Positions 19,431 to 29,393 of a DNA stretch of 64,000 nucleotides are shown here, one piece after another. The notes under the pieces are model-generated. The model searched no databases. It saw only the letters and a list, made by a program, of their open reading frames with translations, and was not told the origin of the DNA. Where the stretch lies: positions 4,022 to 68,021 of the forward strand of contig JAAWBS010000048.1 of the NCBI GenBank assembly GCA_022792815.1, read 5' to 3'. A program made the position numbers and the translations under genes. The stretch comes from Hungatella sp. Lineage in GTDB: Bacteria; Bacillota; Clostridia; Lachnospirales; Lachnospiraceae. The first letter of the stretch is position 1. The number at the start of each line of letters is the position of its first letter.

Positions 19431-19688
19431 TCACTGTTGTGGTGAGTCATTCTTTTTGGGAGAGGAGTGATGGAGAAGAGACTGGAGAGCCCACACGGAA
19501 TTGATATCCGGTGTCAAAGCCATCTTATTGCTCTGTTCCGCTTCCGAAAGTTCTTCCCGGAGGATCGAGATTTGCTTCGGCGCATCGATGGCCAGACGAA
19601 CACCGTCTGAGGCACATTCGATAATCGTAATTCGGATATTTTCTCCGATCAACAGGCTTTCATTTTTTTTACGTCGAAGTATCAGCAT
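19431..19688 (-). CDS. csrA: Carbon storage regulator CsrA
   Basis: MLILRRKKNESLLIG...VRLAIDAPKQISILREEL; downstream of fliW. Confidence 0.95.
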   Translation of the reverse strand: MLILRRKKNESLLIGENIRITIIECASDGVRLAIDAPKQISILREELSEAEQSNKMALTPDINSVWALQSLLHHSSPKKNDSPQQ

Positions 19689-20166
19689 GATTACCACTCC
19701 CGTCCGGCTCCTCCTCTGTGGAATTTATCACAGAGGGAAAAGAGCCAAGCTTATGACCATATTCATAAGAAGTATTTTCCAAAATAATCTGAATTCCATG
19801 GCGTGTCTGAGGATTAATAGCCAGAGGACACTTTAAATTCACCGTATTCTCCAGATAATCGCCTCTCACGACACAGATTGCATAGTAGGACAATTCACCG
19901 TTTTCTGAGACCTCCAGGCAGGCAAGCTCTTCCGGCCTCAATACAGGGGCATAATCAGGGCAGAGGAAAAATGGGTTGATCAGAACAAACACCACGTTGG
20001 GATCCTCCACCGACAGCATCAATAGTATAGAATCATCCCCATCGTTCTCACTGATACGCAGGAGAAGATAGCGGGTCAATTTTGGAAAACCGAAGAGACC
20101 GTCAGGAAAAACGATTAAATCCTCCGGTGAATACTCCACAGTACCATAATCCGTCTGTATCGTCAT
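19669..20166 (-). CDS. fliW: Flagellar assembly factor FliW
   Basis: IVFPDGLFGF, FVLINPF, TVNLKCPLAIN. Confidence 0.93.
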   Translation of the reverse strand: MTIQTDYGTVEYSPEDLIVFPDGLFGFPKLTRYLLLRISENDGDDSILLMLSVEDPNVVFVLINPFFLCPDYAPVLRPEELACLEVSENGELSYYAICVVRGDYLENTVNLKCPLAINPQTRHGIQIILENTSYEYGHKLGSFPSVINSTEEEPDGSGNHADTST

Positions 20167-20180
20167 ATAAATAAACACTC

Positions 20181-20771
20181 CTATGTGAATAAGTTAACAG
20201 TGCTGCCTGAGTCACCGTCCCTGGGGGGAACGTAATTGAATCCTCCCAGATATTCCACATGAACAGAAGGGCGCTGAGTGATGATGGTCATAACCATGGG
20301 AGGAAGATAAGTCAGCTCTCCCTTGGCAACCCGCATCTCAAAGGCTCCTCTCTGAGCCGTATAGGAAGCTCCGGTCTCGATGGAGACATCCTGAACCGGG
20401 ACCGGCTTGGCGGTGTTGCTGGACGGCATAGCCACAGCGATGTCGGAAGCAGCGGTGGGGTCCGGCGCAGTCATATCTTTGGAAGGTACAGACACCGGCG
20501 CCTGAGTCTGAGGCTGGCGGGATATCACCTGCTTTTGAACCGGAGCCCCCGGAAGCTGAGGCGTCACATGCTTTTTGGAGAATGTGTGATTGATCTTCTT
20601 GATATCTTCCACAGATACACCGCCCTGTCCGGCAGACTGGCGAAAGGACATATGCCGGGCCAGAGCCTTCCGCCGTTCCATATCCACGTTGTCAGCATTG
20701 ACCAACCGGGCATTCTGGGAAAAGCGCACCATCCGTATAGGCTCTGATGTGATTTTAATAAGCTGTTCCAT
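20181..20771 (-). CDS. DUF6470/YviE-like flagellar-associated protein
   Basis: MEQLIKITSEPI N-terminus, ITQRPSVHVEYLGGFNYVPP C-terminus; between flgL and fliW. Confidence 0.6.
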   Translation of the reverse strand: MEQLIKITSEPIRMVRFSQNARLVNADNVDMERRKALARHMSFRQSAGQGGVSVEDIKKINHTFSKKHVTPQLPGAPVQKQVISRQPQTQAPVSVPSKDMTAPDPTAASDIAVAMPSSNTAKPVPVQDVSIETGASYTAQRGAFEMRVAKGELTYLPPMVMTIITQRPSVHVEYLGGFNYVPPRDGDSGSTVNLFT

Positions 20772-20802
20772 ACTCAAACCTCCTTTCTATCCATGATATG
20801 GG

Positions 20803-21972
20803 TTAACTCATGAAATCAAACAGAGAAGAACCCATAAGCTGGGAACCTACCCGGAGAGCCGCATTATAAGCGTAATTGTTGTTATACATCTCCATGATGG
20901 ATTCATAGGGGTCAGCTCCCAGCTTGTCGGTATATTGCTGCTGCAGAGAATTGGCAAGGTCAGTGAGCTTCTCGTCCATGTTGTCGATCAGGCGGTATTT
21001 GTTGCCAAGATCTGCGTAGAAGCTGCTGATATTGTGCTCTGAGACGGACATATCGGTGATCGTGTCGCTGAGCACCTTGCTCATGGCGGATCGATCGTTG
21101 TTGCCGGTGGTTTTTACCTGATCCAAATACTCGCCTATGGCGTGAACCGAACGTCCCACGAGAGCCAGAGGACCTTCGCTCAGATAGTCCATAACGCTCT
21201 TGGGATCGCCGGTGGGATCTCCGGCTCCGGCGCCTGCCCGCACTGCGTCAGAGGTGAGTCCGGTGAGAACATTCATGCCTCCGGTGTAGGTGTCCAGAAG
21301 GGTAGAGTGGTCGCGGATATCGCCGTAGCCGATGTCTACACGTCCCTGCTCTTTCATGGCCCGGATTAAGTCCTTCTCGCCGCCGAGAGGGTTGCCGCTG
21401 GAATCCTGTCCTGTCTTCAGCTGGTATTTATAAGAGTTATCTCCCTGCTTGACCAGTTCCATCTGGAACTCCGTGGGGTCGGACTCACCGGGGAACGTGT
21501 GACGATAGGTGAGGGTCATGCCGTCAGAGCTCAGGGAGAAGGGCGGAGTGGATACGTCATTGCCGCCGTAGATGTAAAAGTTCTCATACTGAGTATTCAG
21601 ACTGTTCACCATCTCGTGCATCTCCTGAAGCAGGGCAGACCTGGTAGTATCCAGCGCCGTATCGGTGGTCGTGGCAGTGTTGGCGTAGAGAACCCGGTCC
21701 TCTGCTTCGGTGAGAAGTTTCTGAACATTTTTTACACCTAATTCCTGCTGATAGATACGATTCTGGATATCTTTTAACAGAGCCTTCTTGGTGATGGTGT
21801 CCTGGTGCTGGCTGTCGATCCGGTTGCCCTCGTAGTAAGCAAGAGGAGACTCTGCGGCATTCTCATACCGCTCACCGCTGGAGACCTTGTTCATGCTCTT
21901 GTTCAGGGCAAAATGAACGTCATTTACCGAGGTGGTGAAATTTCTGTATGTTGCTGCATTGGTTACACGCAT
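20803..21972 (-). CDS. flgL: Hook-associated protein 3 FlgL
   Basis: MRVTN..., AYNAALRVGSQLMGSSLFDFM; downstream of flgK. Confidence 0.92.
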   Translation of the reverse strand: MRVTNAATYRNFTTSVNDVHFALNKSMNKVSSGERYENAAESPLAYYEGNRIDSQHQDTITKKALLKDIQNRIYQQELGVKNVQKLLTEAEDRVLYANTATTTDTALDTTRSALLQEMHEMVNSLNTQYENFYIYGGNDVSTPPFSLSSDGMTLTYRHTFPGESDPTEFQMELVKQGDNSYKYQLKTGQDSSGNPLGGEKDLIRAMKEQGRVDIGYGDIRDHSTLLDTYTGGMNVLTGLTSDAVRAGAGAGDPTGDPKSVMDYLSEGPLALVGRSVHAIGEYLDQVKTTGNNDRSAMSKVLSDTITDMSVSEHNISSFYADLGNKYRLIDNMDEKLTDLANSLQQQYTDKLGADPYESIMEMYNNNYAYNAALRVGSQLMGSSLFDFMS

Positions 21973-22020
21973 GTGAGATACCTCCCTAATATCTTTTGAT
22001 TCAAGGTTAAATGATAAGAC

Positions 22021-22045
22021 AGGGGTCAAAACGAATTTGACCCCT
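22021..22045. terminator. Stem-loop between flgK and flgL
   Basis: aggggtcaaa-acgaa-tttgacccct. Confidence 0.6.
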
Positions 22046-22056
22046 TATGTGAATGA

Positions 22057-23844
22057 TTACCGACCTACCACACCGGTGCTGTTGATCAGGATATCGAGAG
22101 CCTGATCCATGGTGGTCATAAGCCGGGAAGCGGCATTGTAAGCCGACATATACATCATCATGTTGGACGCTTCCTCGTCTAAGCTGACTCCTGAGACGGA
22201 ATCCCGGGAATTCTCGATGCCGTTTAACACCGTCACATTGGTCTTCAAGGCGATCTTATTGGAATAAGAATCATTGGCCAGGATGGTGGAGGTGTGGTTC
22301 ATAAAATTGGCAAAGGTATTGTTATCCAGGTTAACCTTATCAAATAACGGGTTACCGTCAAAATCCTTCAGGTTGTCATAAGGGTAAGTGGCTTTCATAG
22401 CTTCCAGCATGTGGAGCACAGTGTCCGTATGGTTGTCGCCGCTTTTGCTGATATGAACATTGCCGTTGACCCATTCCGAATTGATACCGATATTGGCGGC
22501 TGTGATGTTCGCAGAGGTGCCATCCTCTTTGTTGGCAAGGAGGAAATAGTTCTGAAGAGGCTTGTTGTCGACACTATTGGTAGTGCCCTGGATATTCAGG
22601 GTATTGATCACTTCCGCGAAGGCGGACGCCAATCTGTCCAGCTGCTTCATATAGAAGTCATACCCCTTGACATCGTTGAGTCCGTCTGTGGTGCCGTCCT
22701 TCCAGAGCATGTCGAGACCGGCCTGAATGGAACCGGAGTCGCTGGGGAACTGGTTGGTGATCTTAGGCGGATTTGTCGTCGTGTCTTTCTCAAATGTCAA
22801 TACGGCAGCTCCTGCCTTATTGCCTTTTTCGTCTAATGCATAGAAATCCAGCTTCACATCCCCAGGCTTAGCCGGATTGGTGGTATCCAGAATATCCTTC
22901 GTGTTGGGGATCTCCAGTTTCAGATGATTCTCCTCGCCGACACCGACAGTGCCCTCTACCAGTTTTAGGGTCTGAGACTTGCCGGTTTCATCGATATACT
23001 GCATGGTCACATACAGATCGTCAGGCCACTCTTTTCTCATAATCGGCCTGCCGGAGCTGTCCAGGTGATAGAGCTCAGACAGATCTTCATTTCCAGCAGC
23101 ATCAATACCGTCGTGATCTTCGTCTTTCCGGTAAGTCACCTCGATGGGAAGATAGCTGGACAGCTCATCTAAGAGCACGTCACGGTTATCCATCAGCTCT
23201 AGGCTTGGCTGGCCGTGGATCTGATTCTCCTTGATCTGGCGGTTGAGGGAGCCGATCTGCTGAAGGATATCATTGACCCTCTGGATGGCGCCCTGCTCGC
23301 TGGTACCGGTTCCGTCTAAGCGGTTAAACTCCTCCATCTTGGCGTCCTCGATATCCTTGGCACCCTGATTGAGGAGATTGGTCAGAGCCTCCATCCTGCT
23401 GCGCAGCTCTGCCTCAAAGATGGGATCATTGACCTTGGCCGTATCGTGAATATTGGTCAAGGTGGACTGAATATCATCAAATGCTTTCTGGATACCGGTT
23501 ATATGGGACTCATCAAAGAAATTGGCGAGTCTGTCAAGGGAAGTCTGCAGGCCGTTGGTGTAACCGGAGCGGTCCATCTGGTTCCGGTACTGGACATCCA
23601 GGAAGGGATCACGGATCCTGGTGACCGTATCCATGTGAACACCGAATCCCACGGAGATCTCGGAACCGTTCATGTAGTGGGAGATCGGGTTGGTGTAATT
23701 CAAACTGGACACCTTCAGCTGCTGTCTCGTGTAGCCGACGGTGTTCATGTTAGACAAATTCTGCCCTGTGATGTTAAGCCGCTTCTGATTGGCCTGCATG
23801 GCAGAAAGAGCAGTGGTAAAACCGGAAAAGGTTGCTCTGACCAT
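22057..23844 (-). CDS. flgK: Hook-associated protein 1 FlgK
   Basis: TGQNLSNMNTVGYTRQ; RDSVSGVSLDEEASNMM. Confidence 0.96.
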   Translation of the reverse strand: MVRATFSGFTTALSAMQANQKRLNITGQNLSNMNTVGYTRQQLKVSSLNYTNPISHYMNGSEISVGFGVHMDTVTRIRDPFLDVQYRNQMDRSGYTNGLQTSLDRLANFFDESHITGIQKAFDDIQSTLTNIHDTAKVNDPIFEAELRSRMEALTNLLNQGAKDIEDAKMEEFNRLDGTGTSEQGAIQRVNDILQQIGSLNRQIKENQIHGQPSLELMDNRDVLLDELSSYLPIEVTYRKDEDHDGIDAAGNEDLSELYHLDSSGRPIMRKEWPDDLYVTMQYIDETGKSQTLKLVEGTVGVGEENHLKLEIPNTKDILDTTNPAKPGDVKLDFYALDEKGNKAGAAVLTFEKDTTTNPPKITNQFPSDSGSIQAGLDMLWKDGTTDGLNDVKGYDFYMKQLDRLASAFAEVINTLNIQGTTNSVDNKPLQNYFLLANKEDGTSANITAANIGINSEWVNGNVHISKSGDNHTDTVLHMLEAMKATYPYDNLKDFDGNPLFDKVNLDNNTFANFMNHTSTILANDSYSNKIALKTNVTVLNGIENSRDSVSGVSLDEEASNMMMYMSAYNAASRLMTTMDQALDILINSTGVVGR

Positions 23845-23897
23845 AAATCATATCCTCCAAGTATTTCTTCTATATTAAATATATGGCTGCTTTTGCA

Positions 23898-24380
23898 TCA
23901 GCCATAGGTGTCTTTCATCTTCGGGCGGGACGGAGCACTGACACTCACACTGCGGGAAGGAGCATAGGAGCTGCCTTCCTGGAGGGCGATCAGTGTCTCG
24001 ATCTCGTGGATCCGGACATTGATGATGTGTTCGGAGGCCTTCCGAGACTGAATCAAACGGTTCAGCTGCTGCTCCAACTCCGTGAACAGCGGCAGGAGAA
24101 CTTCCCTCTGCTGCGAATCGGCCCTATCCAAAATCTGGCGGAACGTGAGGGAATCCCATCCGAGATTCTTCGCCAGCTTCATCCTGTGCTGCTCCAATCC
24201 TCTCAGCTTTAAGAGCTGTGCCTGCTCTTTCTGGATGAAACCATCCAGAAGTTCATGACGCTTTTCAGAGGCAGCTTCCGCCTTGGCTTCCTCCACCTGA
24301 GAGAGTTGGCCTGTCAAGACGGTCAGCTGCCTGATAATATCACTAAAACTGTCCAATAAGTCCCGTGTCTCCTGATTCAT
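23898..24380 (-). CDS. flgN: Flagellar export chaperone FlgN
   Basis: Helical, LRGLEQHRMKL; between flgM and flgK. Confidence 0.8.
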   Translation of the reverse strand: MNQETRDLLDSFSDIIRQLTVLTGQLSQVEEAKAEAASEKRHELLDGFIQKEQAQLLKLRGLEQHRMKLAKNLGWDSLTFRQILDRADSQQREVLLPLFTELEQQLNRLIQSRKASEHIINVRIHEIETLIALQEGSSYAPSRSVSVSAPSRPKMKDTYG

Positions 24381-24424
24381 AAAACAATCGGGCTCCTTTC
24401 TGTCTTTTGCTTTGGCAGAAGGCT

Positions 24425-24721
24425 TCAGCCCAAACCAAGCATACGGCCGGCAATCCTCTGCGCATCCGGCACGTAGGTACCATTTGCGACTCTGCTGCCA
24501 AGTTCCTGTACCCGCTCCTGACTGGCGCTGCCGAGCTGGGCGGCAGTCTTGCGGGCCAGCATCCGGGCAAATGTCTCGTCGTCCTCTGCGGGCGCCTGTG
24601 TCCTGCTGATCTTCACAGTATCATAATCGCCCTTGGCCTTTGTGACCTGAGGCGTGCGCTTTGCCTGTGTAGGAACCGGTGAACGGTAAGAGGGATTCAT
24701 AGCCTGAAAAGTAATGTTCAT
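24425..24721 (-). CDS. flgM: Anti-sigma-28 factor FlgM
   Basis: DTVKIS; ERVQELGSRVANGTYVPDAQRIAGRML. Confidence 0.88.
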   Translation of the reverse strand: MNITFQAMNPSYRSPVPTQAKRTPQVTKAKGDYDTVKISRTQAPAEDDETFARMLARKTAAQLGSASQERVQELGSRVANGTYVPDAQRIAGRMLGLG

Positions 24722-24786
24722 AAGTGACCTCCCTTCTGAAAAAACTTGCACATATAAACATTCTGTGTCGATATCTATATTGATAT

Positions 24787-24814
24787 TTATCGGCGCTTTT
24801 AGGGCGGAGATAAG
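24787..24814 (-). promoter_or_regulatory. Sigma-28 promoter for the flgM operon
   Basis: Minus strand CTTA-N16-GCCGATAA. Confidence 0.8.
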
Positions 24815-24871
24815 CAGAGACAGAGACTTTTTCGTTAATAAACATGTAAAATAAAGTTATTATATTTTATC

Positions 24872-24900
24872 TTGTGCAAAAGAAGAAAAAATTATATAAT
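24872..24900 (+). promoter_or_regulatory. Sigma-A-type promoter
   Basis: TTGTGC-N17-TATAAT. Confidence 0.65.
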
Positions 24901-24923
24901 GGAGGAGACAAAAGCGCCGATAT
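24897..24923 (+). promoter_or_regulatory. Putative sigma-28 promoter for the 24961 operon
   Basis: TAAT-N15-GCCGATAT. Confidence 0.6.
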
Positions 24924-24960
24924 ATAAAATATTATGGTTTAAAAAGGAAATTGAGGGACT

Positions 24961-26400
24961 ATGGCGAACATTTTACAGGTGACGACACCGAATCTTAATG
25001 TAGATAATCGGAATATGATCAATCCGCAGGATCCGAAGCACGGCGCCGGGAACCCTGCGATTCATAACCCGGCGGACCCGACCAGAGTGGTCAGAACAGA
25101 CGGGAAGGACGGGGACCAGACAGGCGGCAGCACCCAGGACGCCCTGATGAGCGTGGTGGACTATGAGAGCAACTACGGTGCGTTTATCAAGGGGCTGGGA
25201 GAAGGCGGAGAGCTGGCCGGTGTCCTGGAGCGCCTTCTGTTTACCGACATGGCGGGAATCAAGGATGCAGGCCAGGCCGAAGTGGTGGAACTGGTGGAGA
25301 AGCTTCTCATGTCCATGAAGGTGGATTCACCGGAGGATCTTCTCCAGTATATCCAGGGACAGACGGATCTGCAGGCCAAGTTTACGGGGGGATTTTTTAA
25401 CCAGTTAAGGTCCATTCTGACTCACAGCTCCTCCCAGGGACTTCAGGAGGCGGTTATGGCTTTTTTGAAGGGCTATAACAATTATTCTTCGGGAACCCAT
25501 CTCCTGCAGCAGATGCATTCTCTGATGGACGATATCGAACAGCTTCTGCTGCGGCCCTACCGGGAAGAGTTTCGGGAGCTGGCCGACTCCGTCAACTGGG
25601 AGGCAGCCAACGGAGATACCACAGCCAACACTCAGGCTCTGGTCAAGAGCCTGATTCCGTTTCTCTCCAACTATATCTCCAGGACTCACGATTACGGCCC
25701 GGTGAGAGAGGCCGTGATGCTTTTGGTCTTTCACACTGCCCGGTATCAGGACGGAGGAACCGGCCGGCTTCTGAAATTATTTGATAATCTTTTTAACAAC
25801 AGAGAGTTTGCCAGATTGTTTAAGGGGGAGCCGGAGGAGAGCCTTCACCAGCTTCTTTTGGCCGGACGGGAGGGCGGTTCTGCCAAGCCTCTCTCCAGCT
25901 TTGCCGAGGGTCTGTCCCAACTGCTTCTCAAGGGGACTAACGGTCAGGCAGGGCTTGAGAACGTCCAGCAGTTTTATACCATTATGAACGGGATGCTGCT
26001 CAATGAGAGCGTCTATATGCCCCTGCTCCATTTCATCCTTCCCTTCCAGTATGAGGGGGATAATGTGATGTCGGAGATGTGGGTGGACCCGGACGCGGAC
26101 AGAGAGGAGGAGGGCCGGGGGAGAAGGATCAAGCTGTTTTTGAAGTTTGACATTCAGAGTGTAGGAAAGTTTGAGCTGGTTATGACACTCCAGGACCACG
26201 AGGCCAGGGTACAGCTTTTCGTTCCGCCGCAGCTGACGAAACAGGAGAAAGAGATCAGGACAAAAGTGGCGGATATCTTAAAAGATAACGGAATTCGGTT
26301 TGGCGAACTTCTGGTGCGCCAGCGTTACCGTGACAGACGGGTAGACGAGATCTTCCCTGAGATAAGAGAGAAAGAGAGAACGATCAATGTCAGAATTTGA
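24961..26400 (+). CDS. FliK-like/YlqG-like protein
   Basis: C-terminal beta-rich KLFLKFDIQSVGKFELVMTL region resembles FliK C-domain; overlaps a FlhB-C paralog gene. Confidence 0.55.
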   Translation: MANILQVTTPNLNVDNRNMINPQDPKHGAGNPAIHNPADPTRVVRTDGKDGDQTGGSTQDALMSVVDYESNYGAFIKGLGEGGELAGVLERLLFTDMAGIKDAGQAEVVELVEKLLMSMKVDSPEDLLQYIQGQTDLQAKFTGGFFNQLRSILTHSSSQGLQEAVMAFLKGYNNYSSGTHLLQQMHSLMDDIEQLLLRPYREEFRELADSVNWEAANGDTTANTQALVKSLIPFLSNYISRTHDYGPVREAVMLLVFHTARYQDGGTGRLLKLFDNLFNNREFARLFKGEPEESLHQLLLAGREGGSAKPLSSFAEGLSQLLLKGTNGQAGLENVQQFYTIMNGMLLNESVYMPLLHFILPFQYEGDNVMSEMWVDPDADREEEGRGRRIKLFLKFDIQSVGKFELVMTLQDHEARVQLFVPPQLTKQEKEIRTKVADILKDNGIRFGELLVRQRYRDRRVDEIFPEIREKERTINVRI

Positions 26401-26722
26401 TGAACTTATGCGGCAGAAGGCCGTGGCGCTCAAGTACAATCCTGAGAAGAACGGCGCACCGGTCATCGTGGCATCCGGGATGGGCTATATGGCAGAGAAG
26501 ATCACGGAGACTGCCATGGAAGCGGGGGTGCCGGTCTATGAGGATGATTCGCTGGCCACCCTTCTGACTCAGCTGCAGTTAGGTGCCGAGATCCCGAAAG
26601 AACTGTATCAGGCCATTGTGGATATCTATATCTATTTTCTGGGCTTTGTGCCGGAGAAGACGGAGGAGGCTTTGGGGGAAGAGGGAAATGGAGAGCAGAA
26701 AGCAGAGGTTAAAGAAGAGTGA
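26387..26722 (+). CDS. Stand-alone FlhB C-terminal paralog (FlhX/YlqH, EscU/YscU family)
   Basis: KAVALKYNPEKNGAPVIVASG...EIPKELYQAI, very similar to the post-NPTH part of FlhB in this window. Confidence 0.9.
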   Translation: MSEFDELMRQKAVALKYNPEKNGAPVIVASGMGYMAEKITETAMEAGVPVYEDDSLATLLTQLQLGAEIPKELYQAIVDIYIYFLGFVPEKTEEALGEEGNGEQKAEVKEE

Positions 26723-26757
26723 CAGGCTTACTGTCTTAGAGTGAGGAGGGTTTTATC

Positions 26758-28137
26758 ATGTATCAGAAGATCAGAAGATGGGCGGCGTTTTTGCTGGCGT
26801 GTCTCTGTGTCGCGGCTGCCATGCCCATGGAGGCTCTCGCGGCGACCAAACCCATCAATACGGTCAATGTCAAGATCTCTGCCAAGCTGAAGGCCGGCGA
26901 AAAGCTGCCGGATATTCAGGTGGGAGACGGCGGAGCCGAGGACGGCAAAATCATGGTCGGGGAGAAGGGGTCCCACTACAGGACGGCCTCGGCCGAGTGG
27001 ATGGAAAACGCGTCCAAGGAGATGACAGCCGGCGACGAGCCCCGGATGCTGGTCACATTAGAGCCGGAAGATGTGAGTGAATACTATTTTCTGGCCAGCT
27101 ATAAATCATCCAATGTAAAAGTCAGCGGCGGCACCTTCGTGTCTGCCAGGCGGGACGGAGACAATCTGGTGGTCACGCTGCGGGTAAATCCCATAAAAGG
27201 GGATTATGAGGCGCCAAAGGATGCCTACTGGGATGAGAAGAAGCTGGGGCAGGCGAAGTGGGAAAAGCCGGAGACCGGATCCGGGTACTACGAAGTACAG
27301 CTTATGCGGGATCAAAAAAATGTGTTTAAAGTGGATCAGACATCTGCCACCACCTATAACTTTTATCCCTATATGACGAAGACTGGCAGCTATTCTTTCA
27401 AGATCCGCACCGTCCCGGGGACAGATTTCCAGAAAAAGCACGGCAAGAAAAGTGACTGGCTGGAGTCGGGAGAATTGGAGATCACCGACCGGTATGTGTC
27501 CGACGGAAAGGGACAGCAGTCCTCCTCCCCCGAAACGGGGAAGGGAACCGATAAGACTGTGGGGTGGTCTCAGGAGGACGGTGTGTGGCATTACCGCTAT
27601 CCTTCCGGAGCCCTAAGCACCAACACCTGGGAGTACATAGACGGACAGTGGTACTATTTTGACGGAAACGGCGCCATGGCTACCGGCTGGCAGCGCATCG
27701 GGAGAGAGTGGTACTTTTTCCACGGCAGCGGCCAGATGGCGGTGGGCTGGGTGAAGATTGATGACAAGTGGTACTATTTCCGACCGGAGGAGGAGCGGGA
27801 TCACACCTTGGGTTCCATGGCCTCTCCGGGTTGGAGAGAGATCACGGGATACCACTATTATTTCAATGAGGACGGCAGCGCCTATACAGGCTGGCTTACC
27901 CTGGACGGCAGGCGGTATTATCTGAATACCCTGGACAACAGCCTTCAGGGAGCCCTGTTCACCGGCTGGATCCGCCGTGACGAGAAGACCTATTTTGCAG
28001 ATGAAAACGGAGTGATCGCCGAGGGCTGGTATCAGATCGATGGTCACTGGTATTATTTTTATCCCGGTTCCGGGGAGATGGCCCATGACACCCGGGTGGA
28101 CGGATTTGATCTTGATTCCGACGGGATTTGGCGGTAG
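26758..28137 (+). CDS. Secreted protein with beta-sandwich region and cell-wall/choline-binding repeats
   Basis: Signal peptide; C-terminal WYYFDGNGAMATGW-type repeats. Confidence 0.8.
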   Translation: MYQKIRRWAAFLLACLCVAAAMPMEALAATKPINTVNVKISAKLKAGEKLPDIQVGDGGAEDGKIMVGEKGSHYRTASAEWMENASKEMTAGDEPRMLVTLEPEDVSEYYFLASYKSSNVKVSGGTFVSARRDGDNLVVTLRVNPIKGDYEAPKDAYWDEKKLGQAKWEKPETGSGYYEVQLMRDQKNVFKVDQTSATTYNFYPYMTKTGSYSFKIRTVPGTDFQKKHGKKSDWLESGELEITDRYVSDGKGQQSSSPETGKGTDKTVGWSQEDGVWHYRYPSGALSTNTWEYIDGQWYYFDGNGAMATGWQRIGREWYFFHGSGQMAVGWVKIDDKWYYFRPEEERDHTLGSMASPGWREITGYHYYFNEDGSAYTGWLTLDGRRYYLNTLDNSLQGALFTGWIRRDEKTYFADENGVIAEGWYQIDGHWYYFYPGSGEMAHDTRVDGFDLDSDGIWR

Positions 28138-28153
28138 AATGTGAGGTGACACC

Positions 28154-29362
28154 ATGAAAAAGATTTGGAGACAGATAAAGAGAGCGGCGGCAGGGAGTCT
28201 TGCCTGTCTGATGGTGACGGCGGCTTTCGGCAGGACCTGGATCCCGGCCTATGGAGCCGAGTCCAGCGTCATCGAAAGTCTTTCGGTCACATTGAAGACG
28301 ACTTACGGGGAACCGGAGGAGATTCCGGAACCGGAGATTACCATCGGTACGACCGGATGTACCATCGTGGACTATCAGTATCGGACTGCCTATGAGAAGT
28401 GGAAGCCGGGCAAGAAAGTCCGGGTGGAGATCACGGTGGCGGCGGAGGACGGAAAGGTATTTCCCGCTTCCCTAAACCGGTCAAAATGCAAGGTAAGCGG
28501 CGCAGACTTTGTGTCGGCCAAAGCCCTGGAGGATGATAAGCTGCAGGTGAAGGTGGATTACAAGCCCGTGACGGTTCTCGGCAATACCACCAAGGCAGGG
28601 TGGAGCAGCTCGGAGCGCAACAGAGCTCTCTGGAAGTCTGTGGATTACGCTCCGGGGTATTCGCTGGTGCTCTACGGTGACAGCAAAGTGGTAAAGAGGA
28701 TGACGGTGGAGACCAACACCATCGATCTGTCCCAGTTTATGAAGGACGAGGACAAAACCTATTATTATGAAGTGAAGGCGATTCCGGTCACATCCGATGA
28801 GAAGAAATATCTAAAGGAGGGGGAGTTCGTCTCCTCCACAGAACAGGAATATGACTGGGAAGAGATCGATGCCAACTCCCCTGACGGAGGCGGCATCAAG
28901 GGCGACAACTATATCCTGCCCGACGGACGCAAAGACGTGAATACCTGGAAGAAGGTCTCCGGCAGCTGGTACTATTTTGACCAGAACGGCAACATGACCA
29001 GGGGATGGCAGCGGATCAACAATTATTGGTATTATATGGATCAAAACGGCATCATGAAGACCGGCTGGATTAACCCTTTGGGTGACTCCTGGTACTACCT
29101 GGCAGAAGGCGGCGAGATGCTCACCGGCTGGATCCAGCCGGAGCCGGGCAGCTGGTACTACACGGACGGCTCCGGTCTCATGCAGCGGGGCTGGGTAAAT
29201 GTGGGAGACAAGTGGTATTACTTAGGCTCCGACGGCAAGATGCGTACCGGCTGGACCATCGTCGCGGATGTCTGGTATTATCTCAATGGTGACGGCAGCA
29301 TGGCTGTGAATACGGTCATTGACGGCTGGACCATCGGGGCAAACGGAGCGGCTCTGCGGTAA
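28154..29362 (+). CDS. Secreted cell-wall/choline-binding-repeat protein, paralog of upstream gene
   Basis: Signal peptide; KVSGADFVSA vs KVSGGTFVSA in the neighbour; WYYFDQNGNMTRGW repeats. Confidence 0.8.
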   Translation: MKKIWRQIKRAAAGSLACLMVTAAFGRTWIPAYGAESSVIESLSVTLKTTYGEPEEIPEPEITIGTTGCTIVDYQYRTAYEKWKPGKKVRVEITVAAEDGKVFPASLNRSKCKVSGADFVSAKALEDDKLQVKVDYKPVTVLGNTTKAGWSSSERNRALWKSVDYAPGYSLVLYGDSKVVKRMTVETNTIDLSQFMKDEDKTYYYEVKAIPVTSDEKKYLKEGEFVSSTEQEYDWEEIDANSPDGGGIKGDNYILPDGRKDVNTWKKVSGSWYYFDQNGNMTRGWQRINNYWYYMDQNGIMKTGWINPLGDSWYYLAEGGEMLTGWIQPEPGSWYYTDGSGLMQRGWVNVGDKWYYLGSDGKMRTGWTIVADVWYYLNGDGSMAVNTVIDGWTIGANGAALR

Positions 29363-29393
29363 AAATCAGAACAGGAGAGAGGATCATAAGATT

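Noticed and set aside
26758-29362. Calling the repeat proteins amidases or glucan-binding toxins
   Set aside because: Only binding repeats are recognisable; no catalytic motif seen
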